In this document: positions 52,521-64,000 of the stretch, piece after piece
Numbering within the stretch: position 1 is the stretch's first letter
Layout: the number at the start of each line of letters is the position of its first letter
NCBI GenBank assembly: GCA_951406725.2
Contig: OX597823.1
Span: forward strand, 101,680,001 to 101,744,000
Source: Octopus vulgaris
Taxonomy: Eukaryota
Length of the DNA: 64,000 bases
Direction of reading: 5' to 3'
Position numbers and translations under genes: made by a program
Notes under the pieces: model-generated
What the model was told of the DNA's origin: nothing
Seen by the model: the letters and a program-made list of their open reading frames with translations, nothing else
Database searches by the model: none

Positions 52521-54158
52521 TGTTGTTGTTGCGAATATTGTTATTTATTATTTTCTCTCAGAGTAAAGCAGCTATGACTGGTTGACACGTATCCCTATCA
52601 ATCGCTTCCTCGACCCCTTGTTAATTAATCTCTTCATGAAAACCATCCTCTAGCACTTATTAGGGTGTTGCCCTTCATAACAAAGATTATCTTATAACTA
52701 TTATTCATTATTTATGTCCATTAGAATAATGAGAATAAGGATGGTGTTGAATTGATAGGGTATCGGACAGCTAGCGAAGAGGTTACCGATTCATTCGCTA
52801 TCGCTACCTCTTCGTCTCAACCGATCGCCCTACCGTCACCTGCCTAAGTAGCCAGCGACTGTGCTGTTGTTAAATTGACCAGTAATATATTGATTTGAAG
52901 TGTCAAGTTCAATCCTTTCCAGCTATAAAAGTGATCTGTCACTAATCTTCCTAATAACTGGAGTCTCTGAGATAATCCCCACATATTCCCGCCCCAATGA
53001 TCTTTGTGATCCAGAAAGAAATAGGAATAATGTACAGTACTAATTATTCAGATCATTGCCACCCAAAATTCGTTAAACTCGCGTAGTTTTTACATTGAAG
53101 TGGAGAGAATTTTGTCAGGCAATTTCGATCTTGATGAATTACTAGTTTAATATCAATTTGAGAAAACGAAAGAGTTCCTATGTCTGTGGTTCTCAACCTT
53201 TTGTAGGTAAACATCTCTTTTACACCGAATGGTCTTTCACAGTTGTCACCGGATTACTTTTATCATACAGATGCTAACGGTTGTATTTACCGAATGCAAA
53301 TACAATCGTATAACACATCGTGCATGTTTGCAGGAAGTCTGGTTCGTCTTTGAGCCTATGCAAGAATGATGTGAGTGCTTATATGCATCTACATGAGTGT
53401 GTACGCATATCTGTGCCTGTACGTGTTATGAATATATATGAGCATTCATGCGCCAATGCGTAAGATGCGCAGTATATTCGCATTTACTAAGACGTGGTAT
53501 CACATAATGTGACACTAGCTTGGAGACACACAAGCACATATTACAAAGACTGCCATACATATATATGTAAACACATCCATGCATATACAAGAACATATAT
53601 TGTTTCACTAAGTGCAATCTTATGAAAGAGACACACTTTTCATAAAGGCACCGTTTACACACCCATGCTAAAACTCACAAACACTCATACGAAATCAATT
53701 AGATACACTAAGACACATATACACACAAACACGCGCGCGCACACACACACACCAACGTACACAAGAAATAATCATCATACACAAATTCAATACTATATAC
53801 ATCTATAAAGTCAGAATTCCTTTTTATCCTTCAAAATATCTTTTTTTTGTTCTCCTTTCCTCTGGTTTTTAATGGGAGACGACAGAGAGATGAAGCTGAG
53901 GCCATGGCCCTTGCATCACACACTCTCAACCCGAAGGCGGCGAAACAGACGCCGCATGGCAGTCTTTCTCCCTCATAAGTAATAAATCTGTCGGTATTCC
54001 TCTGATTCTCTCTCATTCTTGCTTATTACATTTTTCGTCACACATAAACATATAAAACCCAGATATATGTATTGGAGTATATTGGGGTACCTATGTATAT
54101 GTACATACATATATATATATGCATATGTATATATATACATATATATATGTATATATAA

Positions 54159-54214
<56 letters not shown>

Positions 54215-54229
54215 TTATATATATATGTG

Positions 54230-54275
<46 letters not shown>

Positions 54276-54346
54276 GTATATATATATATGATTGTTTGAT
54301 TGATTCTAGCTTCAGCTTATGAGCTGTGGCCATGCTGGGGCACCGC

Positions 54347-54392
<46 letters not shown>

Positions 54393-54685
54393 GAGGTGTT
54401 TATATACATATGACTATACATATGCACAAACGTATATAAATATAAAATACGATATACATGCGTATATGTGTGTGTATGTGCGTATGCGCGCTTGTGCGTG
54501 TGTGTAAATATACATACACACAGATGCAAATATTGTTTCTTTGATGTTATCTTTGGCACTATTGCAAGTTCTCATACTTTCCCCTTTCTCTGTGTGCATG
54601 TGTGTGTGCGTGTATGTGTTTGTGTGTGCGTATGAATGTATGTGTATACGCGTGGGCGCGCACACACATACATATATATATATAT

Positions 54686-54764
<79 letters not shown>

Positions 54765-55111
54765 TGCTTCTGTCTTAATTTTATTCTGTACGCAGAATGC
54801 CAAACACAACACGCATGCACCTACAACTCATACAGTAAAGACAAACATTCATAACATCTACACATAATGGGTAACAGCAACGACGCGATAGAAGTCGTTA
54901 GGAAATATTTGTGTGATCACAAAAATGTCGATTTCCTTTAGATATTAGTCAGTTTGTTGGCCTGTCTATATTTTCCAACAGAACTTCCAACATATCTAGT
55001 TTCTCTAAAGATGGTAGTTGTTCATGATTACGTCATCGATAAAGAAAGAGATGCGGTGAGAGAGTGAGAAAGAGGGGGGAGGAAGAAATGGTCTTTGCAA
55101 GTGAATGATGG

Positions 55112-55119
55112 TGACGTCA
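55112..55119. promoter_or_regulatory. Palindromic CRE (TGACGTCA)
   Basis: Exact motif, with TTACGTCA (55028) and GTGACGT (55136) nearby; function unproven. Confidence 0.35.
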
Positions 55120-55552
55120 TGTAGATAAAATACAGGTGACGTTGAGAGGAGAAGCTTGATATCAGATAGATATAAGAGTGCAAAGAAAAACACGATTAGA
55201 TCATGTGTGTGTATACACACATATATATATACTCATATATAGGTGTCTGCATATACATACACATACACACATGCGGTGTGTATTTATAGATGGTCTCTAC
55301 AGAGACGACGGTCCACTCCTCCTAAGAAGCTATTGCTCACAAAAAACCCCGATAAATTTAGGAAAGAACTACATCACATCTTTAAGAACTTAAGCTTCTT
55401 CACTATGGCAGGAACGCATCTAAAATCATCGACGACCTCAACGCTACCCTCGACTTAGCATCTATTATTTATTAATCCTACAAGTAAGGCAACAGCAAAA
55501 TCGAATATATACACAGGCAATCCAACCATCCCAAGACCATTTACATACACAC

Positions 55553-55603
<51 letters not shown>

Positions 55604-55917
55604 TATGTATGTATATATATATATAGAGAGAGAGAGAAAGAGAGAGAGCGAGAGAGAGAGAGAGATACATACATACATACCTACATACATGTGCGTATGT
55701 GTGTGTGCAATGTGCAGTATGCATATTTATGCAGACATGTAAAATAAGTTATTATGCAGTGAAATTATTATTACATGATGAAGGCTAAGAAACAGCCGTA
55801 ATTCTATGGATATTAAGTGGTTGTGAGTGTGAGAAAGATAGAAAGACCGTTTGACTAAATCTCCAGAAGTGAAATCCGAAGTCACAGTCGACCCCTATAT
55901 GTCTACATTTGACTCTA

Positions 55918-56390
55918 CAGTTATCAATCACCATATCGCGGTTCACCTATCGCGCCCTCAGTATATCGCGGATTTTTCTGTCTAATATATGTAAATTTAT
56001 ATCGCGGGTTTCTGCAGCCGATAAGTATTTATATTTTTTTAGATTTTATTTCTGTGTTAAAATAAGCATTTTTGCGAATAAAAATTAATAAATTAATAAA
56101 TAAAAATACAGTACAGTTCCGCACTGTTTAACACATTAATTAAAATATATTAAAAGAAAATACGTAGGGTGCCGTAGATGAGTAAACAAAGAATCCCGCA
56201 TACTGTATGAAAAACGAAACTCGGGAGGCGAGTGTGTGGTGTTGTTTTGCATTTATAATAAAATAAATATATACAAATTATAAAAACAACAATAAAGAAT
56301 GTACAGTACATTACTGTTTCTATTTCGCGGATTTTCTCCTATCACGGGAGGTTTTGGAACGTAACTCCCGCGATAGTCAAAGGATTATTG
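55918..56390. mobile_element. pogo/Tigger-type MITE
   Basis: TA|CAGTTATCAATCACCATATCGCGG ... CCGCGATAGTCAAAGGATTATTG|TA, with repeated subterminal TATCGCGG motifs. Confidence 0.72.
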
Positions 56391-56435
56391 TATTAAGGAA
56401 ATGCTCTTGCTATTTCACTCAACAATCTTAATATT

Positions 56436-56648
56436 GATTTCAAATGTTGGCACAAATCTAAAACTTTCGGGAGAGCGGGTAAGCCCCATTGACCCCAGTG
56501 CTAAACTGCTACTTATTTTATCGAACCCGACAGAGGGAAAAGCAAAATCGACTTCGGCGGAATTTGAACGCAGAACGTAAAGACAGACGAAATTCCGCTA
56601 AGTATTTATCCCGGTGTGCTAACGACTCTTTCCTGCTCGCCGCCTTAA
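56436..56648 (-). mobile_element. SINE family B with 12-bp TSD
   Basis: TSD AATCTTAATATT at 56424-56435 and 56649-56660. Confidence 0.85.
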
Positions 56649-56668
56649 AATCTTAATATTAATAAATA

Positions 56669-56782
<114 letters not shown>

Positions 56783-56895
56783 CGTAGCACAGCTTCAATC
56801 AGAAATACTGCAAATAAATATATTATAAAGTTTTTACTGTGATAATACACAATGTAAGAATGTATTGTAAACACATCATTTCCGTGTATTTGAAG

Positions 56896-57127
56896 TGCAG
56901 GAGAAAGCGCAGTAAGTCTCCCGGCCTACAGTTTCATGATTTGGTGATCAACCCCCAGAGAAGACATACACACTTTCTTTCTCCAGTTGATGCCATAGCG
57001 TGTTTAATTTTATATGTTATTTCGACATTTTAACGACTGCAGAAGTAGATTGGGTACGTCATCTCTGAAAAGCGATCACCAAGTTGTGAAACTGTCAGTC
57101 AGGAGACTCTCTCGCCAGTTTTCTGCA
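56896..57127. mobile_element. Old fold-back element with degenerate hammerhead (57061-57104, +)
   Basis: Arms 56896-56969 and 57055-57127; ATCT-CTGAAAA-GCGAT(CACCA)AGTTGT-GAAA-CTGTCAG-TC-AGGA. Confidence 0.65.
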
Positions 57128-57256
57128 CAACGAAAGCATGATAAACGTCATTTCATTATATTTTGATATAGTTCAATATTATAGCTAAGGCTTTGTTGTA
57201 TCACTCTATTTATCTGTCTATCTAATACACACACACACACACAATTTATAAGCACG

Positions 57257-57321
<65 letters not shown>

Positions 57322-57323
<2 letters not shown>

Positions 57324-57525
57324 TCTTTTATTCTTTTACTAGTTTCAGTCATTTAACTGCAGCCATGCTGGAGCACCGCCTTAAAGGGTGTTAGTCGAAA
57401 AGAATCGCCCCCAGGACTTATTCTTTGTAAGTCTAGTACTTATTCTATCGGTGTTTTTTTGCCGAACCGCCAATGTACGGGGACATAAGCACACCAGCAT
57501 CGACTGTCATTCGATGGCGGGAAGA

Positions 57526-57564
<39 letters not shown>

Positions 57565-57779
57565 ACACACACACAGATGAAGCATATCATGTATATATAT
57601 ATACATACATATATATACATGATATGCTTCAGCAGTTTCCGTCTACCAAATCCATTCACAAGGCTTTGGTCGGCCCGAGGCTATAGTTGAAACCACTTGC
57701 CTGAGTTGCCACTCAATGGGACTGAACCTGGAACCATGTGTTGGTAAGCAAGCTACTTACTACACAGCCACGCCCGCAC

Positions 57780-57780
<1 letters not shown>
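57322..57780 (-). mobile_element. SINE family A
   Basis: Reverse complement of 6103-6560, including the internal microsatellite. Confidence 0.85.
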
Positions 57781-57818
<38 letters not shown>

Positions 57819-58864
57819 CGCGCGCATGTATATAAATATATAAAAAGAGAGTGTGAGCGAGAAAGACATAACATGCGTGCACGCACGCACGGACACGCAC
57901 ACTCACACATACAAACACATACACGCACCACTTATTTATATCTGTGTTTGTTTTTATACATTTGTGATTGCGTGTGCAGCGAACCCTCATCATAAACGTT
58001 GAAATATTGTCAAAACAAGAAAGAAAAACTCAAACGTGTTATGTAATTTTGCAACGTCGTAACAAACAGCAACCAAAGGCTTTCCATGGCTATTGCTTTA
58101 CGCGCGCGAACCAAGGGGCTCTCTGAAATCCAACTGACATTATTTCACTGGTGATATTTTGTCATTTCTAACAGAACTATCTTATATTGCTCCAAAGCCA
58201 CGTCAATCAGCCCGTTATTCCCACACATTCCTCCACACGTCACTTATTAAATGTTATTATTTGACAATTTTCTTTTCTGCAATACATTTTATTACGGTAA
58301 ACAAATATTGTTTATGATGTAATCCAGTCTTCTTTGGACATTACAGCTGAACTTTTAGCATTCTTCATACTGAACTTTTAGTTACTAAGCTATTTTAAAG
58401 TAGGGGTATACCAACACACTTTTTCTTATATATTTCTCAGTACGTATTCACATCGTAGTTTGATCTACACCTAATACTCACATACGCACGTACGCACTCG
58501 CACACACGCGGGCGTGCACGTAGGCATGCATGTACGCTCGTATGCGCACATGCACACACATACAAGTACAAACATACATATATGCACACATACGTACATA
58601 CATGCACCATACGTACATACATGCATGCATAAATGCATAGACATTTGCTTTGTGTAAATCATGCATAAAGTGTTCTTATGAAGAACTGTTTTGGTTCAGC
58701 ATCCAATTGCACTTGGAACACTCCCTGCAGAGGATGCAAATAATCGCGATTGGGGAAACGTACATATGACACAAATGATATAAACTGCATCTTCTTTTTA
58801 TCGTACTTTTTCCTACATTTTTTCTATGTATCAGATCAGGTAGTGTTGCTTAGTACAGTGAGGG

Positions 58865-59255
58865 CTGCGAAACGTTAGCGCGCCGGGCGAAATGCTTAGC
58901 AGTATTTCGTCTGTCGCCGAGGTCGACTTTACCTTTCATCCTTTCGGGGTAGATAAATTAAGTACCAGTTACGCACTGGGGTCGATGTAATCGACTGAAT
59001 CCCTTTGTCTATCCTTGTTTGTCCCCTCTATGTTTAGCCCCTTGTGGGCAATAAAGAAATAAGAATCATAAGCACACAGGGCTTGGTTGCATTTTGTCCG
59101 CCTTTACGTTCTGGGTTCAAATGCCACCGAAGTCGACTTTGTCTTTCGTCGTTTCGAGATCGGTAAAATAAGTGGCAGCTGAGCAACTGGGTCGATGTAA
59201 CCGACTTATCTCTTCCCCCAAAATTGCTGTCCTTGAGCCTAATTTGAAACCAATG
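58865..59255 (+). mobile_element. Two SINE family B copies, the first with a LINE-like tail
   Basis: ...TTGTCCCCTCTATGTTTAGCCCCTTGTGGGCAATAAAGAAAT at 59019-59060. Confidence 0.85.
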
Positions 59256-60570
59256 TCACTGAGCACTGACCAATTTATTGGAAGTAGACAGGATGCTGAT
59301 ATTCTGCAATAGCAATCGTACATCTGACATAAAACATACTCTTTTCTTTACTAGTTTCGGCTCGAGGGCTGCGACCATGCTGCAGTACCGTAGTTAGCTT
59401 AGCTGCACTTTCACTAAACCTCTTCTGATATGTGGCATTTGGCGAATAAGAAAGTTTGATGTTGCTGCTCTCATCTGTGTTTCTTGTTGCGAGACAGATT
59501 CATCCGGAACACTTGACAGGGGGAGATCCAATTTTGCTTCGAAGACACCTACATCTATTCCATGCAGGGGACGATATTAAAGAGCTGTAAGCCCTTGAAA
59601 CCCAAGTTGTTGCAATATCTTGTCCTGCATCCTGATGGCAAGATGTATAAACATGTATAGCTTTATAAACCCACATACATATCCACCCACACAGACGGTG
59701 GGTTTCCACTCACAGAGTATCATTCGAACCGAGGCCATTGGTAGTAAATACTTGGGTGAGGTGCCATGAGGTAATATCGAAACCTGATACACGTAGTTGC
59801 AGTGTACTTCTGAAATACGCCGTCATCTTCGCGACATTTATCTTTTGCTGCACCCATGTTTCCATTGGTTTCTGAAACCCGTATACAACAACACTTCCTT
59901 CCATTGATATTGGCCTACAAAACTTGATCACTTAATATCAATCAATATCTGAAGCTTTCTACTCATCATAACGAACACTCCTTGCAGATATATGCACATG
60001 CTTACATAGATGCATACAGACAAACAGACGTGCACAGAGGTATTTACACACGCACAGAGAGATACGTGTCTATGGGTGAATGTGTTTTCATATTTTAAAC
60101 AGTAAACTGTCGGATTAACTTTCATTTAGCGCAGGAGCGGTTTTCAGATAAGATATACGTGCATATGTGTACGGAAGTTGCATGTTGATTGTATAGATTA
60201 AATAAAGATATATGAATAACGGTGAACTATACAAACATGCACGCAACAGACACACACACACACACACACACATACGCACGGGTGCACACACGTATAGGTA
60301 CGCATACAAACACATATGCACACACATACATACATACATACATACATACATTCATACATACATACATACATACATACATACATACATACATACATACATA
60401 CATACATGCATACATACATACATACATATATATGTGTGTGTGTGTGTATACACGCATAACGTATTTTTAAAGTATGTAAACATATATACTATAGATTTGT
60501 ATGTGCGTATGTATATTTCACCTTTTTGAACATATATACTTACATCAAGGCATATATGTGTAAGTGTGTG

Positions 60571-60619
<49 letters not shown>

Positions 60620-60887
60620 GTATGTATATGTGTACACACGTGTAAGTATATATATTTGTGTATATTGTGTATATGCATGTGAATGTATATTCATACACAT
60701 ACACATACACGCATACATACGCACAAAGCTATGCATTAATCTGTATATAAAATATTTGAATAGAAAGTTTATGAAGGGACACAGAATACTGCACAGATAA
60801 AGGTAGATACCGGTTGATACAGAAAAAATGAGAGATAAGCCGTATCTGCATCATTTCTGGACTTTGGTCGTGACACATGTCATATTA

Positions 60888-60895
60888 TGACGTCA
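60888..60895. promoter_or_regulatory. Palindromic CRE (TGACGTCA)
   Basis: Exact motif in a unique-sequence island; function unproven. Confidence 0.3.
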
Positions 60896-61073
60896 GAATG
60901 TGTCATAGTAGCCGAGGCTTTCATCTTTTTATCGCAATACCTTTTTGCATCTCCCGCTTCCCCCCACATGTTGGTATGATGTCATATCAGCTCGCCGAAC
61001 ATTCGTTGGAAATCTACTTTTGTAAAAACCACTATTTCTGTTGCTGTCTATTATCTATGCCTGTCTAGCTGTC

Positions 61074-61164
<91 letters not shown>

Positions 61165-61789
61165 CTATCTCCTTTTCTCTCTCATGCATGTATGTATATA
61201 TATATATATACACGTAAATATATGCATGTATATATACACACATGTATATATATATACATATACATATATATATACACATATACCTACATTTGTATACACA
61301 CACACAAACACACACACACACGCGTATGGGTGTATGTAAAACATGCATGTGCGAGTGTGTACACTGTATGATGAAGGCAAGTAAGCCAAAACTTCGAAGT
61401 CACTATCAAAGTTCTCCTTCTTAAAATCAGTATGTTCTCAACCACCACTTTAATGATAGGTGTGTTTTTACCTTTAGCATGATATGCTAAAACATGTTAT
61501 CAATGTATATAAATATTCACGAGTTCCAATATTACCGTGGTCGACTTTGCCTTTCATCAATACGGGGGTCGATGAAATAAGTTTCAGTCGAGAACTGGGG
61601 TCGGTCTAATGGACTCAGCACCTCCCCAAAATTGCTGATTTTGTGCCAAAATTTGAGACCAGTATATATGCATATGTATATTAATGTCTGTTTGTGTATA
61701 TATGAACATATATATATATACACACACACACGTATATATATGTATATATATATATATATATATATACATTTACATATGTATGTACAAAG

Positions 61790-61820
<31 letters not shown>

Positions 61821-62185
61821 CATATATATATATATATATAAGCACACGCATATACGTGTAATGTGGGGAAAGGGAGATATAATAAAAAGTGTTGTTTATG
61901 TGTTGTGTGAGCGTGTGTGTATGCGTACATACACGCACATGCACATATACAATATATGTGTGGGTGGTGGAGGGGCAACAGTCGATAATATTGATTTGCA
62001 TTGCTCTATGCAGCCACTCCTACACCCACACACCGAGACGCACGTGCCACTTGCCCAGTCTCCACTTGCATCGTGCATGTCTGCATGCCACGGTCGCTCC
62101 ACCGATGCAGCTCTTTCTTTCTGCACCACTTCAGCAGTGCGACTTTGTCATATCTTTCCGATGACTTCACTCACCTATAGCTGTA

Positions 62186-62193
62186 TGACGTCA
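62186..62193. promoter_or_regulatory. Palindromic CRE (ATGACGTCAT)
   Basis: Exact motif at the edge of a relatively GC-rich unique island (61980-62210); function unproven. Confidence 0.35.
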
Positions 62194-63169
62194 TCGACAC
62201 GGTAACACGCGTACACATACGCGCACGCACACACGCACACACTCGCACATGCATATACACATAAGTATACACGCATACATGCACGCATACCTACATTAGC
62301 ATGGAATAGACCTATATGCAATGCGTTTTTTGTATTTTCTTCTTAGCTTCACGCTTCACCTCTACCCCTCTCTCCCCCTCTCTCCCCCTCTCTCCACCCT
62401 CCCGTCTCTCTTTCTCTCTCTCTGTCTCGCTCGCTCACTTCCTCTATCTCTCTCCCTCTCTCTCTGTCATGACAAACTGATGCCTATCACATTCCACATC
62501 TATGTATCATCGTTTTGGCACACCGTGTCCCACTGACCACTGTTTTTTCACCCTCTCCCTCCATTCTTTCTCTCCATCCCACCTTCCTCTCCCTCTCTTT
62601 CACCATCTCCCTCTCCCATTCTCTCTCCCTCTCCTTTTCTCTCTCCCACTCCGTTTCTCATTCTCCCCCTTTCTCTCCCTTTCTCTTTTCCCCTCTCTCG
62701 CTCTCTCCCCTCTCTCTTCTCCCTCTCCCTCACACACTAATAGGCATACACCCCACCACACACACACAAACGTACAACTGCCGGCATGGCATCACTCTCA
62801 TTCTCAGTTCTTCCAAACACATTGTATCTCAAGAGTTTCGCTGAAGATTTTACCTCATGCAGTGTAATCCAAGACGAAGCCAGGCAGGCAGCGTCCATCC
62901 TCCTCAACCAAGCTACACCGACACTTCATCTTCATCTACAACAAGTTCAGAAAGCACTCGCTGCTGTTACAATGATGTCACTAGAGAGAGAATAGGAGCG
63001 GCGGGGTGGGGGATAAGAAGGTATTTGAATAAACCTGGAGAGGCGAAACTTGAAGACATCGCCAATACTTGCGCGATTGGATTTCATTCTACAACTTCCA
63101 TTTAGCCCTTATATCAATCAGTTAAATGCTTGTCATTTAATTTAACAACCCTAACATCTGTACGTATAA

Positions 63170-63640
<471 letters not shown>

Positions 63641-63641
<1 letters not shown>

Positions 63642-63897
63642 GTTTCTTTATTGGCCACACAGGGCTACACACAGATGGGACAAGTTACAAGGTAGAGCTT
63701 TTCTTTTGGGGGAGAAAAAAAAAAAGGTGGCGTAGGTTTTCGATCAAAAGGGATCGTAAAAGGGGAAAGAAAAAAAGGAAAAGAAAAAACAAAAGAAAAA
63801 AAAGAAAGAAAGGAAAAGAAAAAAAGAAAAAAGGGAAAAAAGAAAAGAAAAATGAAAAAAGAAGAAAAAAGAGGAAAAAGGGGGAGAGAAAATAAAA
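63641..63897 (-). mobile_element. 5'-truncated LINE 3' UTR (Tx1-like) inserted in (GATA)n
   Basis: Minus strand: pyrimidine tract ... CTTGTCCCATCTGTGTGTAGCCCTGTGTGGCCAATAAAGAAACT|TATCTATC; GATA repeats on both sides (63345-63640 and 63899-63910). Confidence 0.7.
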
Positions 63898-64000
63898 AGA
63901 TAGATAGATGATTGTGAGTATACATATATTGTACGTGTATACATACATATATAACAGACCCACACTCATACTCACACACGCATATAACTTTGGATAAATT

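Noticed and set aside
53880-53960. GATGAAGC...GGCGAAACAGACG in a TA-adjacent island
   Set aside because: May be a decayed member of the hammerhead class, but the core and stem III are too degenerate to call.

Overview
Eukaryotic, AT-rich window saturated with microsatellites. The repeat style suggests a coleoid cephalopod such as Octopus (inference only). I can support no host protein-coding exon; almost all long ORFs after 5.3 kb are microsatellite artefacts. The window opens with a young but disabled Tx1/L1-clade LINE on the minus strand. It has a CCHC ORF1 and an APE+RT ORF2 carrying a premature stop and a templated internal duplication, and its 5' end abuts (GATA)n. A Tx1-like 3'-end fragment sits inside (GATA)n at the far end, and its last ~50 nt match the tail of a common SINE. 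The most striking signal is a set of unrelated short fold-back elements, mostly embedded in (TA)n, whose arms carry type-I hammerhead ribozyme motifs with a palindromic stem III. These look like non-coding Penelope-like element derivatives, and one has TTAGGG repeats in its loop. Also present: a U6 snRNA pseudogene fused to a SINE, strand-biased SINE clusters, a pogo/Tigger transposase relic, Tc1/mariner and Tigger-type MITEs, a fold-back mariner, a non-autonomous Helitron, and three perfect CRE palindromes in unique sequence at 55-62 kb. All alignments and folds were done by eye, and boundaries of degenerate repeats are approximate.
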